A stretch of 64,000 nt of DNA from Octopus vulgaris (taxonomy: Eukaryota), in assembly GCA_951406725.2 (NCBI GenBank), contig OX597831.1, positions 43,338,001 through 43,402,000 on the forward strand, given 5' to 3'. Position 1 is the stretch's first letter; each line of letters opens with the position of its first letter. Shown piece after piece: positions 24,122-37,810 of this stretch. The notes beneath the pieces are model-generated. The model saw nothing but the letters and a program-made list of their open reading frames with translations. It did not search any database and was not told the DNA's origin. The translations under genes were made by a program, and so were the position numbers.

Positions 24122-26029
24122 ATGGTAAAAGCACCTGCTATCGGAATCGATCTGGGAACAACCTATTCTTGTGTAGGTGTGTTTCAACACGGTAAAGTGG
24201 AAATTATTGCCAATGATCAGGGAAACAGGACAACACCAAGCTATGTGGCTTTCACCAATGCCGAAAGGCTGGTGGGTGATGCAGCGAAAAACCAAGCGGC
24301 CCTCAACCCTGAGAACACGGTGTTCGATGCTAAACGTTTAATTGGACGTCACTTTAACGATACGTCCGTACAAAGCGACATGAAATATTGGCCATTCCGA
24401 GTGGTGAACACAAACGGTAATAAAGCACATGTACAAGTGGAGTACAAGGGAGAGCAAAAGCAGTTCTCAGCCGAAGAGATTAGCTCGATGGTATTGAGTA
24501 AAATGAAGGAGACAGCCGAGTCGTACCTGGGCTGTAAAGTGAAAGACGCAGTAGTAACGGTGCCAGCTTACTTTAACGACTCTCAGAGACAGGCGACGAA
24601 AGATGCAGCTAGTATAGCTGGTTTGAATGTGTTGAGAATTGTCAACGAACCAACCGCTGCCGCACTCGCCTACGGTCTCGAGAAAAACTTATCTGGTGAG
24701 AAGAACGTTCTGATCTTCGACTTGGGCGGTGGTACATTCGATGTTTCCATCCTCACAATCGACCAAGGATCTCTTTTCGAGGTGAAAGCTACAGCTGGCG
24801 ACACACATCTCGGAGGAGAAGACTTCGACAACCGGCTCGTTGACTACTTTGTCGAAGAATTCAAGCGTAAACACAAGAAAAATCTGAAACAAAGCCCACG
24901 CTCTATCAGACGTCTGCGTACTGCATGTGAACGGGCAAAACGAACCCTATCGAGCAGTTCAGAAGCTTCAGTAGAGCTGGATTCTCTGTATGAAGGCATT
25001 GATTTTCTCTCGAAGATTACCAGAGCACGCTTCGAGGATCTTTGCAGTGACCTCTTCCGATCGACTCTAGAACCAGTTGAGAAAGCTCTGCGAGACGCCA
25101 AACTCGATAAATCCCGCATCGACGACATCGTGTTGGTCGGTGGATCGACACGCATTCCCAAGATCCAGAAATTACTTGCCGACTTCATGCAAGGAAAGAC
25201 CATCAACAAATCCATCAACCCAGACGAAGCTGTCGCCTACGGAGCTGCCGTACAAGCTGCTGTTCTGTCTGGAGACGCGAGCGATTGCATCAGAGACGTA
25301 CTACTTGTAGATGTAGCACCGTTGTCTCTTGGAATCGAAACGGCTGGTGGTGTGATGACCAAACTTATCGAGCGTAACAGCAGAATACCGTGTAAGGCAT
25401 CTAACATATTCACTACGTATTCAGATAACCAGCCGGCTGTTTCTATTCAGGTATTCGAAGGAGAAAGAGCAATGACAAAAGACAACAACTGCCTCGGACG
25501 TTTCGACTTGACTGGCATTCCACCAGCTCCCAGAGGCATACCTCAAATAGAAGTCTCCTTCGATATGGATGCCAATGGAATACTCAACGTTTCTGCTGTC
25601 GACAAAAGCACCGGCAAAAGCAACAAAATTACCATCACCAACGACAAAGGTCGTTTGAGCAAAGAGGAAATCGAAAGAATGCTCAACGAAGCTAAACAAT
25701 ACGAGGCAGAAGACGAAAAGCAACGCCAACGTGTTGCAGCTAGAAACCAGTTGGAGCATTACATATTCAGTGTGAAACAAGCAGTCAATGAAGATAACGG
25801 CAAACTGTCCGAGCAAGATAAGAAGCAAGCAGTGGAAACGTGTGACCAAACATTACAGTGGATAGACAACAATAGTCTAGCTGACACAGACGAATTTACC
25901 TACAGACTTCAGGAAGCACAGAAAATTTGCTCTCCTATCATGTCCAAACTACACACATCGTCTTCGTCTAACAATAATCATTGCACATCACAAGCGTCCA
26001 GTGGTCCTACGATTGAAGAAATGGACTAA
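24122..26029 (+). CDS. HSP70: Heat shock protein 70, cytosolic inducible type, intronless (copy 3)
   Basis: 635 aa; seven amino-acid differences from copy 2 seen by eye; ends GPTIEEMD. Confidence 0.98.
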   Translation: MVKAPAIGIDLGTTYSCVGVFQHGKVEIIANDQGNRTTPSYVAFTNAERLVGDAAKNQAALNPENTVFDAKRLIGRHFNDTSVQSDMKYWPFRVVNTNGNKAHVQVEYKGEQKQFSAEEISSMVLSKMKETAESYLGCKVKDAVVTVPAYFNDSQRQATKDAASIAGLNVLRIVNEPTAAALAYGLEKNLSGEKNVLIFDLGGGTFDVSILTIDQGSLFEVKATAGDTHLGGEDFDNRLVDYFVEEFKRKHKKNLKQSPRSIRRLRTACERAKRTLSSSSEASVELDSLYEGIDFLSKITRARFEDLCSDLFRSTLEPVEKALRDAKLDKSRIDDIVLVGGSTRIPKIQKLLADFMQGKTINKSINPDEAVAYGAAVQAAVLSGDASDCIRDVLLVDVAPLSLGIETAGGVMTKLIERNSRIPCKASNIFTTYSDNQPAVSIQVFEGERAMTKDNNCLGRFDLTGIPPAPRGIPQIEVSFDMDANGILNVSAVDKSTGKSNKITITNDKGRLSKEEIERMLNEAKQYEAEDEKQRQRVAARNQLEHYIFSVKQAVNEDNGKLSEQDKKQAVETCDQTLQWIDNNSLADTDEFTYRLQEAQKICSPIMSKLHTSSSSNNNHCTSQASSGPTIEEMD

Positions 26030-27004
26030 TATCTTATTCATCCATACTACATCACTTTATGTGATTTTAAAAATTATTCTCACTCATATCAGCTGATTGA
26101 CATTGTGAACATTCATTATTTATTCATCCATTCCATTGACATTTTGTAAAACAAGCTCCAAAATCTTTTGTATATTTTTTTAGAAGAATATAATTGATAT
26201 TTTCTTTCACAAGAGTGTTGTTATTTTATATTCGTTTATTGTTTGTTTCCTATGAAATATTACTCGTATGTTTATGCATGCTATTCCTTTCTGTTATGTT
26301 GCAAGATTCCTTTTAAAAATCATCAGGTAATTTCTACAGTAAACATGTAGAAATGTTTATCGGAGAGGAAGCATAAGAGCGAAAGGTGAACTAGCTAATG
26401 GCGCTTTAATGAACCTTACATTGGAACACGGTTATTTTGATTCCTTAATGACAAATGTCATTCGATATCAATAACCCTCTCTTTACAATTAACTTAATTT
26501 CACCTAGGATTTCCGTAAAAAGACTAAATTTCATGACAACAACCTCTTAACGTTATACGTGATTAGAATAAGCGGCTTTCACTGTACTTTTTTTTTATTC
26601 AGCTACAAGAATATAAGTGAGAAATATACCAACAAGCTTCAGATATCTTTCACAAATGGAAGTAACATCTTTAAAACCACGATTTATATAATAGAAAACT
26701 AGTTGTTTTGTAAAGAGAATGTATTACAATTACTTTGATCTTCATCATTATACACAGGAATATTTTTGAAATGAAATATAGCTAATTGCATCTTTGTACA
26801 TAGTGATTCGCGGTCAACGTTTTATTAGGAACATAACTTACTTAATACTGTGAAAAATCTTAGGAGTACGTAAGATATCTTGTGAAGCCCACCAAATTTA
26901 TTAACAGGTGAAGGAGAGTTCATGTTACTTCATATATTTTCCATATAGGTTGTGGAAATGGAGGTTCAAGGCATTATCTACTCTGTCCTCTTCCTCTATG
27001 TGGT

Positions 27005-27385
27005 CTTCTTTTTACTCTCTTTTACTTGTTTCAGTCATTTGACTGTGGCCATGCTGCAGCACCGCCTTTAGTCGAGCAAATCGACCCCAGGACTTATTCT
27101 TTATAAGCATAGTACTTATTCTATCGGTCTCTTTTGCCGAACCGCTAAGTTACAGGGACGTAAACACACCAGCATCAGTTGTCAAGCAATGTTGGGGGGA
27201 CAAACACAGACACACACATACATATATATGATGGGCTTCTTTCAGTTTCCGTCTACCAAATCCACTCGCAAGACTTCGGTCGGCCCGAGGCTATAGTAGA
27301 AGACACTTGCCCAGAGCGCCACTGAACCCGGAACCATGTGGTTGGTAAGCAAGCTACTTACAACACAGCCTCTCCTACGCCTATG
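27005..27385 (-). mobile_element. tRNA-derived SINE-like interspersed repeat
   Basis: Minus-strand head GGCGTAGGAGAGGCTGTGTTGTAAGTAGCTTGCT...GGTTCCGGGTTCAG; related copies at ~27740-28360, 49560-49800, 52930-53295 and 59020-59340. Confidence 0.75.
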
Positions 27386-27739
27386 TATATAGAGAGACAG
27401 ACAGACAGACAGAGTGAGAAACAGAGAGAGCCATCCCAGTTCAGAGATTTAATGATTACAAGATTGTGGTTTCAATTCCTGGAATAAGTGGATCATTGTG
27501 TTCTTGAGCAAAACCCTTCATATCATGTTGTTCGGTGATCACTTTTAACACTAGACATGTGGTACACTGTGCATCTGCTCTGGCAACATCGATTTGATGG
27601 AGAGAGTGAGCTAAGGTACAGTAAAACATTTGATCACTATAAACAAACCATTTGTTCAGATCATTCAGCAAGAAATAGCAGAACCATCTTTTTCAGACAA
27701 GGGACGACCATCATATTCATGTGTGTGCATGTGTATACT

Positions 27740-28360
27740 TACTCTTTTAGTTGTTTCAGTCATTTGATTGCAGCCATGCTAGAGTACCACCTTTAGTCGA
27801 ACAAATTGACCACAGGACTCATTCTTTGTAAGCCTAGTACTTATTCTATTGATCATCCTTTGTCGAACCGCTAAGTTATGGCGCCATAAACACACCAGCA
27901 TTGGTTGTCAAGAAATGGTGGGAAAGGGACAAACACACACACACACATATATATGATGGGCTTCTTTCAATTTCTTATTTCTGTATTGCTCACAAGAGGC
28001 TAAACATAGAGGAGACAAACATGAACAGACAAAGAGATTAAGTTGATTACATGGACTCCAGTGCGTAACTGGTACTTAATTTATCGATCCCGAAAGGATG
28101 AAAGGCAAAGTTGACCATGGCAGAATTTGAACTCAGAACATAACAGCAGACAAAATATCACTAAGCATTTCGCCCGGCATGCTAACGTTTCTGCCAGCTC
28201 GCTGCCTTCTTTCGGTTTCTGTCTACCAAATCTACTCACAAGGCTTTGGTTGGCCCTAGGCTATAGCAGAAGACACTTACCTAAAGTGCCATGCAGTGGG
28301 ACTGAACCTGGAACCATATGGTTGGTAAGTAAGCTACTTACCACACAGCCGCTCTTGCAT
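27740..28360 (-). mobile_element. SINE of the same family with another SINE fragment nested (~27975-28205)
   Basis: Similarity to 27005-27385 on both sides of an unrelated insert that matches ~35310-35525 in reverse. Confidence 0.65.
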
Positions 28361-28429
28361 CTATATATATAATTTCGTTATTTCTGAATTAAGGATACCA
28401 ATTGATTTTATGTTAAGAAAAGTAGGTAA

Positions 28430-29083
28430 ATATTCTAGGTAAATTTTGCAGTAGAGACCTAAACCTTGATGATCATGAGCATAGTGGATGCCCCTCTGTC
28501 ATCAATGACGCTCAATTAAAGATGGTCATTGAGAAAGATTCACATAAAGCCACTGGAGAGCTGACAAAAGAACTTCCAGTTAGCCAGAAGACTGCCTGCA
28601 ACCATTTGCATGTGATTGGAAAATCAAAAACTCTCATGGGTACCACATGATTTGAGTGAAAATCAGAAAATGTGCAGATATGAAATTTGCTCATCGCTTC
28701 TTCTCCATAACCAAACTGATCCATTACTCAACTACTAATAACACTCCAGAAGTTAAGGGAACTTGGCTATGAAGTTCTTTCTCATCCAGCTTATTCCCCA
28801 GACCTTTCACCTATTGACAACCACTTTTTCAAGCACCTTGATGGTTTCCTGTGAGAGAAGGAGTTCAAAAATCAAACCAATACTGAAAGTGCATTTGAAG
28901 AGTTCATCAGCTTCAGAACTCTGAATTTTTATGTTACTGGAATAAACAAACATGTAACTCATTGGCAAAAATGTGTTGATTGTAATGGTACTTACTTTGA
29001 TGAATAAAATTTCTGCATTGCTGAAATACATTGTGATGTATTTCATGTTTCAAAACATTGCTTACTTTTTACTCAGCCTGATA
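28430..29083 (+). mobile_element. Mariner transposon remnant
   Basis: Encodes YEVLSHPAYSPDLSPIDNHFFKHL (YSPDL motif); TIR-like end ...CTTACTTTTTACTCAGCCTGATA. Confidence 0.8.
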
Positions 29084-31641
29084 CATTATATGTACACACA
29101 CACATGTGTACATAGAACAGACTTCTTCATTTTCTATCTACCAAGTTCACTCACAAGGTATTGATTAGCTTATGATTATAGTAACTTTTGGCATTCAGCT
29201 TCCATGAAACAAGTCAACAAATCAATGAGTCAAATACTGGGATCACCACTATGTACCTCTTACCTCCATTATCTATCCCCATACATCTCTAGCATTCCAT
29301 TTTCCTATCCTGCACTCCATATTCCTATTTTCTGATCTATCTACAGGTTTATTAGGCTGTTACTCTCCACCCTTGCACATCATCCACTACAATACCGTCT
29401 AACACCATCCCTAACCACCAGTCACTTTCCTTTCACATCCCTAATAACCTATCCACCCACACCTCCCCATGCTCAGCTCATATTCTCTCATACTCACCTT
29501 CTTGCATTTTGAGGGTACAACCTGACACCTCATCAACATCTTTGTCTTTTTTCCAGTTACTTTCAACTGCTACTACACAATAAAAGGTAACCATTTATCT
29601 CTTCTATAGCAAGACACCTGTGCCAGTCCTCTATCGTACTTCAGTCTCTCGACACCTGGCATAAAACCAACTCACCCTCTACTACAACCCAACTCAGTCG
29701 AGTGGGTTCCTGTTTTGTCTTCCAAGTTGTTCATCTCACTGGTGAAGGTGACATGGAAAAAAAGTGCCCAATATACTCTGTAAAGTGGTCAAGAGTAGGA
29801 AAGGCATCCAGCAGTAGAAACCATATAAAAGGTGACACTGGAGCTCAAAAAGTATTCTGGATAGTTGGATCCTATCACACCATCCAGCTAATGTTAGCAT
29901 GGAAAACAGATATTAAATGGTGAAGACGATTGCAGGCTTCTGCAGTTTTTGTCTACAAGTTTCATTCACAAGGTATGGTTAAATTGCAGTTATAGCACAG
30001 AACATTAGCTGACAACATTCATGCAGTAGGACCAAACTCCTAACCATGTTCTCCTGAAGCAAACATCCTAACTCAACAGCTGTGCCTTCTTTGAAATTCA
30101 AAGACTACAAACAGATGTAAAATGTGAAAAATGTAGAGCTCTTCTTAGTAGGTCAGTTGTACATAGAAATTTAGAAATAATACAGTACTAAAATACCATC
30201 TTAAGTTCACTGTTCTTCCAGTCAAACAAAAAAAAGTATTTACTAGACACAAATGTCAATATAGTGTCTGTCAACTTCTTTTCGTATCTCCAGTGAAGTT
30301 TTCATCATCAGCTTGAACTCTGCTCATGTCTGTCTTCTTCAAGACTTGGCATAAAACCAACAACCCAACTCAATCAAGTGGGTTTCTGTTTTGTCTTCCA
30401 AAATAAAGTGAGGAGCAGATCTGACATGCAACATGTTCACACAGCCTCCAACAAAACCAAATTATTTGACAAAATGTGGTATGTGAGACAAGGCCACAGA
30501 GAAACAGGCCTATCTTGAGTTGTGCTTCACGGGTATGCTACTCTTCGTTGCTCTCTACCAATATGATGCAGGACTTCATGTCATAAAAATTTAGAAGCTT
30601 TGAGAACACGTGAAATAATTCATTTTTAGGACTGTGAAACTCAAAGTGGATAAAGCTATAAATAATAGCGCATTAAATATTGGGCTAAAAACCCTTTGGA
30701 TAGAAAAAGTTGAAGGCTGCCTGCGAGACTTGCACTCATGTCTTCTGTGACTCTTCCAACAGAGTTCATTGGAACAGTAACACAAAAATACATACATTAT
30801 GAAGATATATAACCATGAAACAAAAAAGAAAAAAAATATGGAAGAGAGAAAATAACAACAATTTCTAATCAAAAGTATAAACATTTAAATTTTAAAATGG
30901 TTTTTATTAACATGTTTTAATTTGGAATTTCAGACTTAAAAGATGTCACTTACAAAAAAAAAAAAAATGTTAGCAAGAAGTTTGGTTTGAAGAAGTGATT
31001 ATTTTACAAGAAACAGTCTTGTTGAGATGGAAACATCCTGACTAATAGGTCTTATATAAATGGTAAGAACAAAGAAAATTAAATACCAAAATCAAACAAA
31101 GTAAAAAATTTTTAATATTTTTATACAAAAACTTACAAGAAAATTAATTGTTCAAATAAAAGGGTTAAAAAAAATTGTTTCAAAAGTTGATTACATAACT
31201 TTATAAGGTGGAGAATATTTGATGGAAGATGAAAAATAAAAAAAAAAATTTTTTAAATAATCAAAAGGGATTTCAGCCAGGGTTTGTGGGCTGTTGCTGC
31301 TGCTTAATACCTAATTTAGATTTTTATAAGATGACAGTAGCCTTCCAATGGGACATGGCTGAACTTATACATTATTTCACTGGATGTTTTATTACTCAAA
31401 TAGGCATTAAGCAATAATGGATACCCATTAAAAAAAACCAAAAAAAAAAAAAAACCAATTAGATAATTTTCAATATTCATGTCAACAAAGAAAACAGAAA
31501 TAAACCTCACTTTCTTAGCAAAGAGAATTGCTCCTATGAAAATATTTATTTTGGTGGGCTTAAATGTGTGCTTGTGTAATGCACAGAGCTTGTTATTAAA
31601 CATTAATACAGAAGGAAAATGTAGTGCTCGTGAGCTACATT

Positions 31642-32235
31642 CGAAATAATATTATTATAGAGGCAACACAGGCAAAGTCTAGAAGAACATAATTGAAAAT
31701 CTCCTCATCAGGATGTTACGCAAATTTCATAAATACATCTACATGCCAGGGCCGGTCAACCATCAGCAGCGATGTGAGACATGCCATGAAGAATAATATG
31801 AAATATGTCATATTCCTTGGCACGTCTCTGAAACAGCCTGTAAATGTGACGTTTGTATATTTTTTTTTTGTTGGTTTTAATATGTCTTTTTCATACTATA
31901 TCCTTTCAAGTTAAATTTTTAATTTCATCATACACTGTATGATTTTAAATGTACTTACAAATGATATTTTCTTTAAATTCAATCGTTTTTATGTAAATTC
32001 AATCGTATTTTATGCATTGCGCTGATATTGTCTCATCATCATCATCATCATCATCATCATCGTTTAGCGTCCGTTTTCCATGCTAGCATGGGTTGGACGG
32101 AGCATTATATGTATTTGTGTATTTTGTAATTTTATTTCTATTTTATAGCGAATATATATTTATATAAGTTTTGGATGCATGTTTCAATTATGTTCTTCTA
32201 GACTTCGCCTGTGTTGCCTCCATAATAATATTTCG
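31642..32235. repeat. ~55-bp inverted repeat pair downstream of the ADAM10 stop
   Basis: 31642-31698 is the reverse complement of 32182-32235 with few mismatches. Confidence 0.85.
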
Positions 32236-33340
32236 TATATATATACATACACACACATGTATGTATATATATATATATCTACATGTATATACATATACAC
32301 ATGTGTGTATATATATATATATCTACATGTATATACATATACACATGTGTGTATATATATATATATATATATAATGAGCTGGTGGGAAATTTTCATGATA
32401 GAAGAATATCAAGGAACTGATAGTTGCTTTCATATAATATTACTGAAAGAATTATCTTGAGTTAGTTTGACAAAAGTGTCCAAGAGACCAAAGCTATTAT
32501 CTCCTTATACAGTAACAGAAACCCTGCTAGGGAAATTATAACTCAAACATGATAACTAAGTATGGATATTAATTTTATTATCCAAGCACAAAGTTCAATA
32601 AAAAAAAAAATCAAAGCCTAAAACAAAAAAGTGGTGTAAGGTGGAATGTGGTTAAGAACAAATACCAGTGGTTGGGTAAAATCAAAACAAAACAAAAAAA
32701 AAGAGAAAGGTACAATAGAAAAATAAAAAAATATAAACAAAAGGGGGAGGAGAAAAACTAGAAGATAACTAAATTTTTAATGGTAGCTACAAATGTAACA
32801 AAAAGAAAAAAAATCCAAAGGTTTTTAGGGAGAAATTCAGTTAAGAGAGTAAAAAAAGTTATTTTGCAGCATAGCTGTGGTAGAACAGTCTGGAAGAAGT
32901 GTTGTTAGATGTAGGGTGACAAGTGCTATTGGTTAAGTGCCACTCACAGTCGCTACATCAATACACTAGAAAAAGGCAAGCTAACAGGACTGATCAAATG
33001 CATTTTTCATTGTAAAAATTTTGTATTATAGGGAACAAAAAAAAAAAAAAAAAAAATTTCAAAAACATATTTCATCTTATTTACATATGTATTTAAAAGT
33101 TTGCCATGATGTTATTATTTTTTTAATTTAAAAAATTTATTTTCATTTTACATTCAAATGTTCAGATTTTAATGTTTTTTTTTTGTTCTTTTTTCCAACC
33201 AAGACATTCTTTCAATAGCAGAAGCTTAGCAAATTAACTTATATCTTTCATTGCTTTTTTTTTTTAATTTTTAATTACAAAATAGGTAGGGGATGGGAGA
33301 AAAAAAACAAAAAAAAAAAAAAAAAAGAAGGATGTTTAAC

Positions 33341-33493
33341 TTAAGATCTTGAGAAATTTCTCATTTCCATTTTTCCACGAGCACCACCTTTTGATTTTGG
33401 TCCTTTGTAATCTTGGGAATCATAGCGTGGGCCTCTGCCATGCCCGATATGTGGCCCTGAGTAATTATCACCAGGATATGGAGGCGGAGGCAC
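33341..33493 (-). CDS. ADAM10: ADAM10 terminal coding exon (cytoplasmic tail)
   Basis: ttcttgttttag acceptor; VPPPPYPGDNYSGPHIGHGRGPRYDSQDYKGPKSKGGARGKMEMRNFSRS*; phase 0 matches the preceding exon. Confidence 0.75.
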   Translation of the reverse strand: MPPPPYPGDNYSGPHIGHGRGPRYDSQDYKGPKSKGGARGKMEMRNFSRS

Positions 33494-34107
33494 CTAAAAC
33501 AAGAAGAAAAAAAATTTTCTTGAAACTGATTTCACACGCAAAGATCAACATATATGATGCTTACAAATAGAAGTAGATTTATTCATAGATATAAGATAAT
33601 TAAGTAGATTTATTCAGATATATAAAATAATTAAGTACACTTATTTATTCATAGATATAGTTATAAGATAATTAAGATGAAGTTAGAAACAAAGTTGTGT
33701 TAGTCAATGGATCGCACAAACAAAACTAAATAAACATCTACGTAACTTAGAATATTTCTCAAACAATACAATATGTCAAAAGGAAAGATGATGGAATGCT
33801 GATAAATTCAGTTTCTGTGAATAATGTAAAGTCTCAAGTTTCAGTGTCTTGTCCTTCAACAGAATTCCAGCTTCCTAGACTACAATGCCTTGGGTTTTTC
33901 CTACTCTCAGTTGATGGACAAGAGCACCCTTCCACCCCATCTACACTATGTTAGAATTTTCACTCCTTATAGCTAGCTTATCTGCATTCCAAGATAGCAT
34001 CTTCTGTTTAATTGTTTATAAGTGCATACCCTCACCAACTGCTTCAAATTCTAGACTTTTACTCTATAAGCCAAGTCAACTACTACCATTTTATTATGAT
34101 AAACTAT

Positions 34108-34334
34108 TTTAACCTTTAGCATCCAGATTACTGTCAAACAAAATGCTTATTTATTCAAATTGGTTTGAATTAATCATGCATTATATTGTAGCTTTGAGAT
34201 TTCAATGACGTGATTCTATATTTTTATACTGACATTGTCTGGTAAGTGTGAGAGGCTGAATCTGGTCAATTTAAACATAAAATGTGTAGAATATTTTGGG
34301 GTGAATATGGCTGGTTTAAATGCTAAAGGGTTAA
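34108..34334. mobile_element. Non-autonomous piggyBac-type MITE
   Basis: TTAA-CCTTTAGCAT...ATGCTAAAGGG-TTAA; further copies at ~40649-40822, 43498-43714, 48564-49128, 53655-53878, 57310-57500 and 60518-60744. Confidence 0.75.
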
Positions 34335-36194
34335 ACATATTCATTAAAGAAAGAACACTGTAATAATTTAGCAGCAGCCAATCACTGTGAATAGAACTGG
34401 CATGCAGAAACTGTATAGAAGCCCTATTGTGTATGTGTATGAGTGGGGTAGGGTGCCTTACATTCTGAGCATCTTCCCATGAGTAGTAACATAGCTGGTA
34501 TAGGAGGGTTCAGTCCCAGGCAATGCTTTTAGGGGGCAATAATTTTGGATCTGCTGCATAAGCCTGTACTGACCCAATAGAAGTGTGTGTCAAATTCAAA
34601 GGGCTGCCCCAAGCAGCACAAACTCCAGCTGTGCTACTGTGCATGACCAAGTTCAAACAAAAACAAATGATAATGTTCACTTTTATGTTTCCAATCTTGT
34701 GACAACATGCAACAAATAAAATCCTTTACTCAAAACACAGGCAATGGTTGGCTACAAGAAGAGCACCAGACTGTAAAATCCTGCCTCAAATACATCTTCA
34801 TTCAAACCATGCCAGCAACAAAAAGTGAATGTAAAGGCGAATAAATGATGAGTGTATGGGTGAATGTGTGTATATGTAAGTTGGGCAGACAACAGTTATG
34901 TAGCCATAGAGCATGAGCCAATACAAAGAAATTGACACATATGGAGCTGTCAGGTATATGTATGTAACATATGGAAATATGTGGCTTAGTGGTCAAGGTG
35001 TTGGAATGATGATTGTAAGATTGTGATTTCAATTTCTGGACCAGGCAATGTGTTGTGTTCTTGAGCAAAACACTTCATTTCACGTCACTCCAGTTCACTT
35101 AGAGGGTAAAAATGAGTAACCCTGTGACAGATCGGCGTCCCGTCCAGGTGGGGACTATATATGCCATGGAAACTGGCCCTTATAAGTAAGCATGACCTAA
35201 GAAGGTAACCTTTTTTTTATGTAACATATCATCATCATCATTTAACATCTGTTTTCTGTGCTAGCATAGGCTGAATGGTTTGGCAAAAGCTGACAAGGTG
35301 ACACGCTGGCAGAAATGTTAGCATGCTGGGCGAAATGCTTAGTGGTATTTCGTCTACTACTACATTCTAAGTTCAAATTCTGCCGAGGTCGACTTTGCCT
35401 TTCATCCTTTCGGGGTCAATTAAATAAGTACCAGTTACGCACTGGGGTCAATATAATCAACTTAATCCGTTTGTCTGTCCTTGTTTGTCCCCTCTGTGTG
35501 TAGCCCCTTGTGGGCAGTAAAGAAATAAGCTGACAAGGCAGGGAGCCATACCAGTCTCCTCTGTGTTTTGGCATGGTTTTTACAGCTGGATGCCCTTAAC
35601 AGCAATTCAACACATATTTACCAAAACAATATTAGGAAAGAAAGAGGAGGTAAAATAATGATATTTTAAAATACATATTATTGAAGAAACTTTAGTGCTG
35701 TGCAAATGTTGCAAAACATCAAAAATTTGCAGGAAATTCTACAAAATATTTACTAAGCGAGAGAGAGCGAGTAAGTGTGGGGGGGCTGTAAATGCTGGTA
35801 GAAACACCTAAAGATAGCTACATTGCTACAACTATTTTGCTTAAGGAAATAAGTTGACTCTAAAAGTAACAAAAAAAGAAAAAACTAGCAAAAAAAATGA
35901 ATAAAGATATTTATGTATGGCTGGATTGATATTGTAAATGAAAAATAAGTGCCTAGAACCAAGCAGAATATCTTTGGTAAAACAGGATGAGTTGGTAAAA
36001 CTAAAAGGTACAAGTAAAGTCTACAACTAGGGGGTTGTCTGTGTAATATTGTCTTACTTGCACAATTTCAGAACAGCTATAAAATATAACTGTAAATAAG
36101 CAAAACTTGACTAAGTCTAATCAAAGAATTTGTCAGTAATGTGGAGATCCAATAAATTAGTATAAAATCTGCGACCATCATAACGTTGACATAC

Positions 36195-36368
36195 ATGATG
36201 TCTAGAAGACATTGGCCTGTTCTGAAGGCGACTTGAAGGTAGACTGAGTTTTCTGGCAGCCGGCTTGCGTGGATTGCTGCTGGGGGTGTGTACAGCGCAG
36301 ACTTTGATAAATGCAGCCATGAACAGGACCAATCCTATACACATTAACATTACAGCCCACCAATGAAC
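36195..36368 (-). CDS. ADAM10: ADAM10 exon: transmembrane helix and juxtamembrane region
   Basis: VHWWAVMLMCIGLVLFMAAFIKVCAVHTPSSNPRKP...; AG/GT flanks; HTPSSNP is characteristic of ADAM10. Confidence 0.92.
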
Positions 36369-36527
36369 CTGAAATTAAACATTTGAAACATTGATTTAAA
36401 AATTGTACAACACCAAAATTTGAGAATTCATAGAATAAAACTTTCACAAGATTATAACACTGAAAACAAAAACAAAATAATTATTAAATTTGTAATATAT
36501 ATGCAACATGTAATTTTATTTTATATA

Positions 36528-37788
36528 CACAGGTTAGACAAAATAATGGAACCATCATAGCATAACAACTTCGAAATAGCAATAAAACCTTCAAACGCTT
36601 GTTTATTTTAATGTTTTTTGACTTATTATAGTGTTGCTTAATATGTTTTGTTAAAATTGTTGTTTCTTCTCAGATATCATCAGAAAAAGGTAATTAAAAT
36701 TCATTAAAATGAGATCTATCGGGCTTTCAAACTGGTCAAATTGTTGGTGCTCATACGGCAGGCACTAGCATAACGCAAACAACCAAAATGTTTGGTGTAT
36801 CAAGAAGTACTGCCTTGAAAGTAATGACAGCCTTTGAGAAAGAGGGAATAACCTCCTTGTCAAAACAAAACTCCAGAAGAAAACCAAAACTTTTAGATAG
36901 GGACCATCAGACTCTTACATGAATTGTTGGAAAGGATCACAAAAGTACAGCTCTCCAAATTACTGCAAAGCTTAATGACCACCTTGAGAAGCCAGTTTCC
37001 ACAAAAACTGTTTGCTGGAAGCTGCACAAAGCCAGATTTCACAGGAGGGCTGCAATCAGAAAACCACTACTTTCATAAACAAACGTTGCAAAGCATTTTG
37101 AGTGGAATAAAAACCTACAGAATTGGTCCCTAGAGTAGTAGAAGAATGTTATTTTCTTGGACAAGTCATCCTTTACCTCATTTTCAATCACTGGCCAAGT
37201 ATACATGTGGAGACAGCCAAAAGAAGCATTTGACTCAGACTGCCTTCTTCCAACTGTTAAACATGGAAGAGGATCTGTGATGATGGGGGGGGGGGCTATA
37301 TCTTGGAAATCCTCCAGCCCAATGGTTTCCCTTCATGGCAAAATTAATAGTCAAGACTAAGCATTTTATGTGATCAAATTCATCCTATGGTTGAGGAACT
37401 GTTTCCGGAGGGAAACAATCTTTCAGGATGATAATGTACCAATTCACACAGCTAAAGTTGTTACTGAATGGCACGAGGAACATTCTAGTGAATGTTGAAC
37501 ATTTTATCTGGCCATCACAGTCCCCAGATCTCAATATTATTGAACATTTATGGTGCATTTTAGAAAAACAAGTAAGGAGTCGATGTCCTCCACCATCATC
37601 ACCATAAGAACTGGAGACTGTTTTAGCTGAGGAATGGACAAAAATTCCTTTGGAAACAATTCAAACTTTCTATGAGTCCATACTTCATAGAATTCCAGCT
37701 GTAATTACTGCCAAAGGCAATCCTACCACATGTTAAAATAAATTTGTTTGAAATTTTAAGGTATTTCCATTATTTTGTCCAACCCCTG
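36528..37788 (+). mobile_element. Decayed Tc1-like transposon
   Basis: TA flanks, ~25-bp TIRs (CACAGGTTAGACAAAATAATGGAA / TTCCATTATTTTGTCCAACCCCTG), motifs FQDDNVPIH and WPSQSPDLNIIEHLW. Confidence 0.9.
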
Positions 37789-37810
37789 TATTTGTCTTTT
37801 TATATACACA

